Assembly (NCBI GenBank): GCA_022360445.1
Contig: JAKSCV010000022.1
Span: forward strand, 1,868-65,867
Source of the DNA: Gammaproteobacteria bacterium
GTDB taxonomy: Bacteria; Pseudomonadota; Gammaproteobacteria; UBA5861
DNA length: 64,000 nucleotides
Reading direction: 5' to 3'
Shown here in pieces: positions 21,781 to 30,304 of the stretch. The stretch's first letter is position 1. Every line of letters starts with the position of its first letter. Position numbers and translations under genes: made by a program. Under the pieces are notes generated by a model that saw only the letters and a program-made list of their open reading frames with translations, searched no databases and was not told the origin of the DNA.

Positions 21781-21821
21781 AATCAACCGAGTCTGACCCT
21801 ATTGATTTTGCTATTGATTTT
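21781..21821 (-). repeat. Repeat copy 2 (inverted) with duplicated 5' end
   Basis: The minus strand reads AAAATCAATAG-C-AAAATCAATAGGGTCAGACTCGGTTGATT. Confidence 0.88.
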
Positions 21822-21833
21822 CAGGTCATGGTT

Positions 21834-22070
21834 TTAATTTTGGGGAGAGGTCACTACGATCCTAGATACCAGTTTTTGCGTAATCGGCACGATCACCATG
21901 CTGATCGGAAACGCGACCAGCATGGATATTCCCCAGGCTTTGGGCCATTGCGTTATCACATCAATGAAGGTCGCTAATTCTATCGACAGCATGGCCAGGG
22001 ACATCACGCCCGACATCAACAGCGACATGAAAAAAGAAAAAGTGTGAAACTGGAACTTGTGCGGAATCAT
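21834..22070 (-). CDS. DUF2798-like small membrane protein
   Basis: FSFFMSLLMSGVMS...WPKAWGISMLVAFP; two TM segments. Confidence 0.75.
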   Translation of the reverse strand: MIPHKFQFHTFSFFMSLLMSGVMSLAMLSIELATFIDVITQWPKAWGISMLVAFPISMVIVPITQKLVSRIVVTSPQN

Positions 22071-22097
22071 TCTGGTAATCTCCTGTTTGGCTGTTAT

Positions 22098-22628
22098 TCA
22101 GGCTTGTAACAGCGGTGACAAAGTTTCTTCCAACTTCGCAACCAACTCCGGGTTTGTGAGTACACCCTCATCCCGATCAAAGTTCTTGTAGAACTCAGGG
22201 ATAGACAAAGAGGCCATCACCTTGCCTGCAAAAAAGTGTGCGGATTCAACAGCAAGGGATAACACGCTTTGCGCGCCGCCCGCCCCCGGTGAGGTCGACA
22301 GCATGATGATCGGTTTGCTCTGATAGACTTCCTGGTTCTTTCGTGAAGCCCAGTCAAACAGGTTTTTGTAGGCTACGGTATAGTTGCCGTTGTGTTCCGC
22401 GTAGGAGATCACCAGCGCATCTGCTGCCGCGATTTTATCGAGAAAGCGGGAGGCGGCTTCGGGTATACCATGGGCCTCCTCGAGATCGCTGCTATAGAGG
22501 GGCATTTCATAGTCATTAATATCGATAATTTCCACATCGCTATCGGGCAGCAGTGTAGAGGCATAGCGAATTAAATCCTTGTTGATCGACTTGCGGCTAT
22601 TGCTTGCTGCGAATGCTAAAACTTTCAT
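22098..22628 (-). CDS. NADPH-dependent FMN reductase (flavodoxin-like)
   Basis: MKVLAFAASNSRKSIN, AEHNGNYTVAYKNLFDWASR, STSPGAGGA; AGGAG ribosome-binding site. Confidence 0.9.
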   Translation of the reverse strand: MKVLAFAASNSRKSINKDLIRYASTLLPDSDVEIIDINDYEMPLYSSDLEEAHGIPEAASRFLDKIAAADALVISYAEHNGNYTVAYKNLFDWASRKNQEVYQSKPIIMLSTSPGAGGAQSVLSLAVESAHFFAGKVMASLSIPEFYKNFDRDEGVLTNPELVAKLEETLSPLLQA

Positions 22629-22668
22629 GTTTTTCTCCTGTAATGATCGTATTTCAGATTCGGGGTGG

Positions 22669-23571
22669 TTATTCGAGGTGGCCGAGTTTGCCGGCCGCAT
22701 AGTCCGCTTCGACCTGCGCTATCTCAGTCTCGTTGCTCATCACAAAGGGGCCCTTCTGAACGAAGGCTTCCTTAAGGGGCACGGCGGCAAATAGCGCAAA
22801 GTGTGCGCCTGACGCTGCAACATTCGTAATCTCAATCGTATTGGTAGCGGAATCGGAACTTGCTTCGATAGCGATGGATTCGCCTGCTTGCAGTGTTACT
22901 TTCTCACCCGCAACACTGAGTTCGACCGCGCCTTCTACGGCATATACCCAGCCGTTCTCACCAGCCTGCAAGTCGTGGGCAAAGGTAGATCCGGCAGCAA
23001 TCTTGCCGTCGAGAATGGTCATGGGCAGCGCGGGTGATATCTGGCCCTTAATGCCGTTGCTGGCGCCGAGTACGATGCGAACGCGATGACCATCGGCTTC
23101 CAGAGTGGGCATGTCCTGTGCTTTCACACGCAGTGATTCAGGGGTATTTTGTTTCATCCGCGCGGGCAGGTTCACAAAAACCTGCAAGCCGTGAATGTTT
23201 GAGCCCGCCCTGGGCGCCTCATCGTGAACAGCGCCGGAGCCGGCCTTTAACCAGTACAGATCGCCGGGCATCAAATCGAAATCGTTGCCAAGTGAATCCC
23301 GGTTGTGAAATTTACCCTCGCTATCCTCAAAGAGTACGGACACCGCGGAGAGGCCGGCGTGGGGGTGTGCACCAAAGGTCGATTCGCTCATGCGATAGTG
23401 ATCGACCATTACCAGCGGATCCATCGCGCCTGCGAAATCCCGCTCGCGAAAAGCGTTTGCGGTAAAACCTGAGCCTATCTCAAGTGCGTTGCCACCTTTT
23501 GGGGCAGTGATGGATGCGGATGTAGCGCTATCAAATGTCAGATTTTTTGCAAAAGAAGTTGCTGCGTTCAT
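22669..23571 (-). CDS. Pirin family protein
   Basis: DPLVMVDH, FGAHPHAG, AGSGAVHDE, HGLQVFVNLP, GPFVMS. Confidence 0.93.
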   Translation of the reverse strand: MNAATSFAKNLTFDSATSASITAPKGGNALEIGSGFTANAFRERDFAGAMDPLVMVDHYRMSESTFGAHPHAGLSAVSVLFEDSEGKFHNRDSLGNDFDLMPGDLYWLKAGSGAVHDEAPRAGSNIHGLQVFVNLPARMKQNTPESLRVKAQDMPTLEADGHRVRIVLGASNGIKGQISPALPMTILDGKIAAGSTFAHDLQAGENGWVYAVEGAVELSVAGEKVTLQAGESIAIEASSDSATNTIEITNVAASGAHFALFAAVPLKEAFVQKGPFVMSNETEIAQVEADYAAGKLGHLE

Positions 23572-23664
23572 TGTGCGATCTCCTCGTTAAGTTGTTTCGT
23601 AATCACGGTTTAGATATTAACAATGGAACGATAAGGTCTTGTAGATTCAAAAAATGAAAACTTC

Positions 23665-23680
23665 GTTCTATAATTGGAAC
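23665..23680. promoter_or_regulatory. Possible LysR operator between the divergent pirin and lysR genes
   Basis: GTTC-TATAATTG-GAAC dyad containing T-N11-A just upstream of the LysR start. Confidence 0.45.
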
Positions 23681-23708
23681 AATAGACGAGTTAAATGCGG
23701 CGAACCAA

Positions 23709-24629
23709 ATGGCTATGATCGACCTGAATGACTACTTCTATTTTGTCCACGTGGTGGAAAAACGGGGCTTTTCTCCCGCCGCAAGAGCTCTCAATATGCC
23801 CAAGTCACGCTTGAGTCGGCATGTCTCGCAACTGGAGGAAAGGCTCGATACCCGCTTGATACAAAGAACTTCCCGCCAGTTTAAAGTGACCGAAACAGGC
23901 GAGGTGTTTTACCAGCATGCCCGGGCACTGATTGAGGAAATGGAAGCCGCCGAAGCGGCAATTCAAAGCCGCAAGGAGTCACTAAGCGGGCGCGTCACCA
24001 TGAGTTGCTCGGTAGGTGTTGCCCAGTTTGCCATTAAGGATCTGGTGTTTGAATTTCTGCAGAAGCACCCGAAGGTAAATGTGGTCCAGCAGGTGACGAG
24101 CCAATCGGTCGATCTGGTCTCTACCGGAATAGACATGGCCGTAAGAGGCCATACCGAAGCGCTGCCTGATTCGACTCTTATTCAGCGTCACCTGGCTAAT
24201 GTGTCCTGGCACCTGTTTGCGAGTCCCGAGTACTTGGCTCGAACCGGCACGCCGCAGTCGCCCTATGATTTGTTTAAAAGACAAAGCTTGAAGGTGGGTT
24301 GGCAACCGGCCACCGGGTACTGGAACCTGGAGAACAAGGATGGGCAGAAAACCACGGTGCCGTTTACCCCGCAACTTTGCAGCGATGACATGACAACGTT
24401 GAAACAAGCGGCGGCGAAAGGGCTGGGTATAGTGAGCATGCCAGCTTATACTTGCAGAGATGAACTCAATGATGGATCGCTGGTGCGGGTCCTGCCTGAG
24501 TGGGTAGCCGGGAAAGCGCAATTGAGCCTGGTAACGCCATCTCGCCGTGGACAATCACCCTCCGTTCGCGCACTGCTGGATTACCTGTTAAACAACTTGA
24601 ATGCACGGATCGGTGATCCGCCGGGTTAG
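23709..24629 (+). CDS. LysR family transcriptional regulator (CrgA-like)
   Basis: N-terminal HTH GFSPAARALNMPKSRLSRHVSQLEERL, LIQRTSR; divergent from pirin. Confidence 0.95.
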   Translation: MAMIDLNDYFYFVHVVEKRGFSPAARALNMPKSRLSRHVSQLEERLDTRLIQRTSRQFKVTETGEVFYQHARALIEEMEAAEAAIQSRKESLSGRVTMSCSVGVAQFAIKDLVFEFLQKHPKVNVVQQVTSQSVDLVSTGIDMAVRGHTEALPDSTLIQRHLANVSWHLFASPEYLARTGTPQSPYDLFKRQSLKVGWQPATGYWNLENKDGQKTTVPFTPQLCSDDMTTLKQAAAKGLGIVSMPAYTCRDELNDGSLVRVLPEWVAGKAQLSLVTPSRRGQSPSVRALLDYLLNNLNARIGDPPG

Positions 24630-24661
24630 CATGGGGGTGGATTCAGGAAGGCGCATCGGTT

Positions 24662-24747
24662 AAATCAAAGGGGAAATCAAAGGGGTCAGACTCGATTGAT
24701 CACTGCTGTGGGTCAGAGTCATTGATTTGTGAGTCCATTGATTTTGC
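24662..24747 (+). repeat. Repeat copy 3 with duplicated 5' end, plus degenerate fragments
   Basis: AAATCAAAGGGG-AAATCAAAGGGGTCAGACTCGATTGATC (24674-24701 is 26/28 identical to 20984-21011), then GGGTCAGAGTCATTGATTT (24710-24728) and ATTGATTTTGC (24737-24747). Confidence 0.85.
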
Positions 24748-24935
24748 AATCAGTTTTGTCGGTACTTAATTAACAGGTTTGGATGCTGCATATTTAGTTA
24801 GTAAACGAGCAATAAGGGGGTTAGCACTGGTTTTTTATATGATGACTCTTGTTCCTTTTTAATAATGTGCATGATCTTTAGTTTTTCAGAAAGAGCGATA
24901 GCGTTTTCAATACAGCCTGGCTGTTTGAGTATGTG

Positions 24936-26234
24936 TTATTTTCCTTCTGTTTGTTCCTTGTCATCGCTTTGAAGTGGGCGGGGTTGGGTGGTGAGGGGGT
25001 CGATGTCGTCGATCTGCTTTTTGGGGTGAATGCCCAGTTCTGTGAATTTGCGTGCCCCGGGCAGGAGTTGCCGTTCCAGTGAACCAACGGCTTTGTTGTA
25101 GTGATCAATGCTGCTGTTCAAACTTTTGCCGACTTTGCTGAGGTGTGTGGTAAACGTGGCGATGCGATTGAACAGTTCTTCACCCAGTTGGCGGATGGTT
25201 TCAGCATTTTCGGCAACATGTTGTTGTCGCCAGCCAAAAGCAATCGTTTTCAGCAGTGCGATGATGTTGTTGGGCGTGGCTAAGACTACTTTTTGGCGGA
25301 GTGCGTCTTCTTGCAATTCGGGGCTCAGCTCCAGGGCTGCGGTCAGAAATTGTTCGCCAGGAATAAACAGTACAACAAATTCGGGGGATTGACTGAACTG
25401 CGCCCAGTAGGCTTTGTTGGCCAGTTCTTTGATGCGCTTTCGCAAGTTGCGCGCATGGGCTTCCAGGTGCTGTTTACGTTCAATTTCATCCACACTTTCG
25501 ATGGCGCTCAGGTAAGCGTCCAGCGGGGTTTTGGCATCGACAATAATTTCCCGGGATTCGGGCATGCGGATGAGCATATCAGGCCGCATAAGGCCTTCAG
25601 CCGTTGTTTGGCTGGCTTGTTCGATAAAGTCGCAATGTTCCACCATGCCTGCGAGTTCGACCAGTCTTTTCAAGGTCATCTCGCCCCATTGTCCTCGGAC
25701 TTCGGGCCGCCGGAGTGCTTTCACTAAATTACGGGTTTCTGTTTGCAGGTTGACTTGGGCTTCGGCCATGCCTCGCAGTTGCTGGGTGATGGAGCCAAAA
25801 GATTCTTTGCGTTCCTTTTCTATTTGCTGGATTTGTTTTTCGGCTTTGTCCAGTGCTTTCTGGATGGGTGTTACGAGGTTGGCAACGGCTTGTTCGCGCT
25901 TTTCGAGGTCGGACTCGGCTTTCACCTGCAAGCTTTTGAAGCTTTGAGCTGCCAGTTTTAAAAAGGCGTCGCTGTTGTGTTGCAGGGCGGTTTTGGAGAG
26001 GGAGGCAAAGCGGTCATCCAACTGTTGTTGGTTGTGTTCGTAGAGGGACAGTTTTTCGCTGTGCAGCCTTTTTTCACTTTCCAGTTGGGCATTCAGCAGG
26101 GCAATATTGTGGTGTTGTTGCGTGATTTTTCGCTGCGCAATCAGGTAGCTGATCAGGGCACCAATCAGGCCTGCGAGTACTGCTGTTAACGTAATCAGTA
26201 CAGTGGACAGTGAGTTGTGGGCTAGGAAATCCAA
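24936..26234 (-). CDS. rmuC: DNA recombination protein RmuC
   Basis: N-terminal TM and coiled coil, RGQWGEMTL, RPDMLIRMP, IIVDAKTPL, FVVLFIPGE, VVLATP. Confidence 0.95.
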   Translation of the reverse strand: MDFLAHNSLSTVLITLTAVLAGLIGALISYLIAQRKITQQHHNIALLNAQLESEKRLHSEKLSLYEHNQQQLDDRFASLSKTALQHNSDAFLKLAAQSFKSLQVKAESDLEKREQAVANLVTPIQKALDKAEKQIQQIEKERKESFGSITQQLRGMAEAQVNLQTETRNLVKALRRPEVRGQWGEMTLKRLVELAGMVEHCDFIEQASQTTAEGLMRPDMLIRMPESREIIVDAKTPLDAYLSAIESVDEIERKQHLEAHARNLRKRIKELANKAYWAQFSQSPEFVVLFIPGEQFLTAALELSPELQEDALRQKVVLATPNNIIALLKTIAFGWRQQHVAENAETIRQLGEELFNRIATFTTHLSKVGKSLNSSIDHYNKAVGSLERQLLPGARKFTELGIHPKKQIDDIDPLTTQPRPLQSDDKEQTEGK

Positions 26235-26878
26235 TTTAAAATCTCATTGGGTTGGGTGAGCTGGCCATCCGCTCCCCAGGTGTTGGGGTCTTCATCATCA
26301 GGAATGTAGCCCCAGAGGGCGGCCAGTGTTTTCATGTTGGCTGCTTTACCGGCAATGATGTCCCGTTCGTGGTCACCAATGTAGATGCAGTTTTGGGGGC
26401 TTGCTCCCATCAGATCGCATGCGTGGAGCAGGGGTAGCGGGTGCGGTTTGGCGTAGGCGACGGTGTCGCCGCTGACGACGCAACCTGAGCGTTCATGAAG
26501 CCCCATTTTTTGAAGCAATGGGTCTGTCAGCCAGCCCGGTTTATTGGTGATGATGCCCCACCTTAACTGGCGCGATTCAATGTTGTTGAGCAGTTCGCCC
26601 ATTCCTTCAAACAGTGCAGAGGCTTCCGCCAGCTTTTCACTGTAGTGGTGTAAAAAGCGTTGCCTGAAAAGCTCGTGCTGATCGTGTTCGGTGGTGATCG
26701 CAAAGCCCAGGTTGATCAGCGCGGAACCCCCTTTTGAGACATGGGGGCGTATCGCTTCCAGGGGCATGGCTGCCCGGCCGCTTTCGATCAGTGTGGTATT
26801 GAGGGCATTGCCCATATCCGGCGCGGTATCTACGAGTGTGCCGTCCAGGTCAAAAAGTACGGTTTCAATGGTGGCCAT
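26222..26878 (-). CDS. HAD hydrolase (phosphoglycolate phosphatase / MupP-like)
   Basis: LFDLDGTLVDT, TNKP, KPHPLP, YIGDHERDI; directly downstream of ubiG. Confidence 0.88.
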   Translation of the reverse strand: MATIETVLFDLDGTLVDTAPDMGNALNTTLIESGRAAMPLEAIRPHVSKGGSALINLGFAITTEHDQHELFRQRFLHHYSEKLAEASALFEGMGELLNNIESRQLRWGIITNKPGWLTDPLLQKMGLHERSGCVVSGDTVAYAKPHPLPLLHACDLMGASPQNCIYIGDHERDIIAGKAANMKTLAALWGYIPDDEDPNTWGADGQLTQPNEILNWIS

Positions 26879-27594
26879 CAGTCGGCCTCTTTTGTCAGGT
26901 GCATCAAATAATTAACAGAAACATCGCGGCCTAACGTGTATTTTTGAGTGAGCGGGTTGTACGTCATTCCAATGATGTCCTGTGCGATTAAACCTGCTTG
27001 CCTGGCCCAGCGATTGAGTTCGGAAGGGCGAAGGAATTTTTTGTGTTGATGGGTGCCTTTGGGCAGTAACCGTAAAATGTATTCAGCGCCCACAATCGCA
27101 AACAGGTAAGACTTTGGGTTGCGGTTGATGGTGGAAAGAAATACGTGGCCACCGGGTTTGACGAGATCCGCACAGGCTTGAATGACAGAAGCCGGTTCTG
27201 GCACGTGTTCGAGCATTTCAAGGCAGGTCACTACATCAAAACTGGCGGGTTGCTTTTCTGCAAGCTCCTCAGCGGCGATCATTTCATAGTGAATGTTTGT
27301 CTCTGTTTCCAGTGCGTGTAAGCGTGCGACCTGCAAGGATGCTGCGGCCATGTCAATTCCGCTGACATCAGCGCCCCGGTGTGCCATAGATTCACTGAGT
27401 ATGCCACCGCCACAGCCTACGTCGAGTACCCTTTTCCCCTCCAGGGTGGCCTTTTTGTCAACGTAGTTTAAACGCAGAGGGTTGATGTCATGCAGGGGTT
27501 TGAACTCACTGCGAGGGTCCCACCAGCGGGCTGCCAGTTCTGAAAATTTGGAGATTTCTTCCGGGTCAACATTGGCGTGTGTGTGTGTCATCAA
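26878..27594 (-). CDS. ubiG: Ubiquinone biosynthesis O-methyltransferase
   Basis: [49 protein letters not shown]. Confidence 0.97.
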   Translation of the reverse strand: MMTHTHANVDPEEISKFSELAARWWDPRSEFKPLHDINPLRLNYVDKKATLEGKRVLDVGCGGGILSESMAHRGADVSGIDMAAASLQVARLHALETETNIHYEMIAAEELAEKQPASFDVVTCLEMLEHVPEPASVIQACADLVKPGGHVFLSTINRNPKSYLFAIVGAEYILRLLPKGTHQHKKFLRPSELNRWARQAGLIAQDIIGMTYNPLTQKYTLGRDVSVNYLMHLTKEAD

Positions 27595-27619
27595 AACGTC
27601 CTGCTGTGGTTAACGGCGT

Positions 27620-28933
27620 TCAAGATTTTATGCGGCTTTGCCACATTGTAACCGCTTCACACAGGTCTGTTTCTGACAGTGTTGTCAGCTGCCGATCCTT
27701 TAACAGCATTTGCCCTGCGACCCACACGTTGGTCACTCGGTCCCGACCAACGGAGTACACAATTTGCGCAACAGGATCGTACAGGGGAAGTGTTTCGATA
27801 CTGTGTAAATCGATTGAGATCAGGTCGGCCGCTTTACCGGTTTCCAGGGAGCCGGTGATGGCATCAATACCCATGGCCTTGGCGTTATTGATCGTTGCCA
27901 TACGCAGTGTTGTTTCAGCCGGAAGGGAAGCTGGGTCACCCACTAAGCCTTTGCTGAGCAATGCTGCGGTTCGCATTTCCCCGAACATGTCCAGGTCATT
28001 ATTGGAGGCTGCGCCATCGGTGCCAAGGCCGACATTGATGTTTTGCTGTAAGAGTTTATGGACCGGGCAAAATCCGCTCGCCAGTTTGAGGTTGGATTCT
28101 GGACAGTGAATGATAGAAACGTCATTTTCAGCCAGCAGCTCGATTTCCCCATCGGTCAGTTGCGTCATATGGATGGCAATGAGCGAGGGGGTTAATAATC
28201 CAAGTTTATTGAGGTGCTGCAAAGGCCGCACGCTGTGCAAGTCCAGGAAGTCATCGACTTCAGCCGCTGTTTCCTGTAGATGAATATTGATTGGGAGTTG
28301 CAATGTTTCCGAGAGTTCTTTTACGCGTAAAAGAGGTGTTTCAGAAACGGTGTAGGGCGCATGTGGCGCGAGCGTCACATGGATGAGTGGGGATTCTTTG
28401 AAGGCTTCGTGCAAAGCCATACCTTTTTCAAAATACATGTCGATGTTTTCGGCCCAGCTTGAGGGGAAGTCGATAATCGTCATGCCAACACCAGCACGAA
28501 AGCCGATGTCATTGGCGACCTTGGCCGTCACTTCCGGGAAAAAGTACATGTCGTTACAGGTTGTCACGCCGCCGCGAATCATTTCTGCAAAAGCGAGGCG
28601 GGAGCCCACTTCGACAAATTCGGCGCTCACCCATTTGGCCTCTGCAGGCCAGATATGATCTTGTAGCCATGTCATAAGCGGTAAGTCATCCGCAAAACCA
28701 CGGAAAAGGTTCATGGGTACATGGGTGTGGCCGTTGATGAGTCCGGGCATCACAGCATGGCCTTTTAAGTCATGTTCCTTGCGCCCCCGGTAGTGTTGTG
28801 ACATTTGTTCGGCTGGTAGAATAGCTTGAATGGTACCCGCATCAATCGCCACACTGTGCGCTTGGTGGACCGTGTTATTGAGATCAGCTGTAATAATCCA
28901 GTCAGCGTGAATAACGGTATCTACGTGCTTCAT
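27620..28933 (-). CDS. TRZ/ATZ family amidohydrolase (MTA/SAH deaminase-like)
   Basis: PGLINGHTH, APHAPYTV, IHLQET, HCPESNLKLASG, GTDGAASNN; typical position upstream of ubiG. Confidence 0.9.
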   Translation of the reverse strand: MKHVDTVIHADWIITADLNNTVHQAHSVAIDAGTIQAILPAEQMSQHYRGRKEHDLKGHAVMPGLINGHTHVPMNLFRGFADDLPLMTWLQDHIWPAEAKWVSAEFVEVGSRLAFAEMIRGGVTTCNDMYFFPEVTAKVANDIGFRAGVGMTIIDFPSSWAENIDMYFEKGMALHEAFKESPLIHVTLAPHAPYTVSETPLLRVKELSETLQLPINIHLQETAAEVDDFLDLHSVRPLQHLNKLGLLTPSLIAIHMTQLTDGEIELLAENDVSIIHCPESNLKLASGFCPVHKLLQQNINVGLGTDGAASNNDLDMFGEMRTAALLSKGLVGDPASLPAETTLRMATINNAKAMGIDAITGSLETGKAADLISIDLHSIETLPLYDPVAQIVYSVGRDRVTNVWVAGQMLLKDRQLTTLSETDLCEAVTMWQSRIKS

Positions 28934-29089
28934 GAAGGCCTCGGTTTTTGATTTGCGATTAAGCGACGGTGCTTATGCTACCACTATCGCGAACCCGCTA
29001 TCATTAAGTGCTGCGGTTCCTTATACTTGAATGGTTGGGCCAATAGCCCATTGGAAATACGCATCAAAAATGTCTGATTAGGAGGATGT

Positions 29090-30256
29090 ATGGATTTTTC
29101 ACTCACAGAAGAACAAATCGCAATTCAAGAAGGCGTTCGCAAGACGCTCGAGCCGTTTACCGATGACTATTGGTTGGAACATGACCGCACGGGCGAATTT
29201 CCTCATGAGTTTTATCAGGCAATGGCCGAGGGTGGTTGGCTGGGCATTACGATGCCTACGGAGTACGGTGGCTCGGGACTGGGGGTTACCGAAGCGGCGT
29301 TGATGATGCACGAAGTGGCAAAAAATGGTGGGATGAGCTCGGCCTCAGCCATTCATATCAATCTTTTTGGTCCGCACCCCATTGTTGTTTACGGAACAGA
29401 CGAGCAGAAAAAGCGCTGGATACCCGATTTGGTCGAAGGTAAAGCCAAAGCTTGCTTTGGTGTCACAGAGCCGGATGCAGGTCTCAACACCACCGGTATC
29501 AAAACCCGAGCAGAAAAAACAGTAAGCGGTGATTTTGTTGTGAACGGCCAGAAAATCTGGACTTCCACAGGACAGGTGGCGGACAAAGTCATGCTGCTCA
29601 CGCGGACAACACCCAAAGAAGAAGGTAAAAAAGCAACCGACGGTATGACGTTGTTCTACACCGATTTCAAAAGCGACCATATTGAAGTGCGTGAAATTGA
29701 AAAAATGGGGCGCAAGTGTGTCGATTCCAATCAAGTTTTTTATGACAATCTGCCTGTTTCCAAAGAAGATATGATTGGAGAGGAAGGTAAAGGTTTTTAT
29801 TACCTGTTGGACAGCCTCAACCCGGAACGAGTATTGATCGCCATGGAGGCGACAGGTATCGCCAAAGATGCCTTACGCAGAGCCAGCACCTATGCGCGTG
29901 AGCGTGTTGTGTTTGATCGCCCAATTGGTATGAACCAAGGCATCCAACACCCCTTGGCCGAATGCTGGTGTGAGATCGAGGCGGCTTATTTAATGGCGAT
30001 GCAAGCCGCCACTTTGTACGATAACGGCGAGCCATGTGGACCTTTCGCAAACGCGGCCAAATATCTGGCAGCTTCTGTCGGATTCAAGACCGCAACACAA
30101 GCCGTTATGACGCACGGTGGCATGGGGTATGCCAAAGAGTTCCATGTTGAACGCTTATTCAGAGAGTCGATTGTTGGACGTATTGCTCCTGTGAGCGAAC
30201 AACTGATTTTGAGCAACATTGCGGAACGCGTGTTAGATTTACCGAAAAGCTACTGA
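29090..30256 (+). CDS. Acyl-CoA dehydrogenase
   Basis: FGVTEPDAG, NGQKIWTS, LNPERVLIA, THGGMGYAKEFHVERLFRE. Confidence 0.95.
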   Translation: MDFSLTEEQIAIQEGVRKTLEPFTDDYWLEHDRTGEFPHEFYQAMAEGGWLGITMPTEYGGSGLGVTEAALMMHEVAKNGGMSSASAIHINLFGPHPIVVYGTDEQKKRWIPDLVEGKAKACFGVTEPDAGLNTTGIKTRAEKTVSGDFVVNGQKIWTSTGQVADKVMLLTRTTPKEEGKKATDGMTLFYTDFKSDHIEVREIEKMGRKCVDSNQVFYDNLPVSKEDMIGEEGKGFYYLLDSLNPERVLIAMEATGIAKDALRRASTYARERVVFDRPIGMNQGIQHPLAECWCEIEAAYLMAMQAATLYDNGEPCGPFANAAKYLAASVGFKTATQAVMTHGGMGYAKEFHVERLFRESIVGRIAPVSEQLILSNIAERVLDLPKSY

Positions 30257-30274
30257 TCAAATATTTCAGGTAAG

Positions 30275-30304
30275 AAAAAAGGTCGAGTTTATTCGGCCTT
30301 TTTT
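30275..30304. terminator. Bidirectional intrinsic terminator
   Basis: AAAAAAGGTCGAG...TTCGGCCTTTTTT between convergent genes. Confidence 0.8.

Noticed and set aside
23982-24554. Long antisense or alternative-frame ORFs (also 27579-28109, 38290-38832, 45108-45623)
   Set aside because: They overlap well-supported genes and show no recognisable motifs, so they are treated as shadow ORFs.
20979-24747. CRISPR array or integron attC interpretation of the repeats
   Set aside because: Only three full copies, in mixed orientation and separated by 0.8-2.9 kb of genes; no cas or intI gene and no RYYYAAC...GTTRRRY attC ends.
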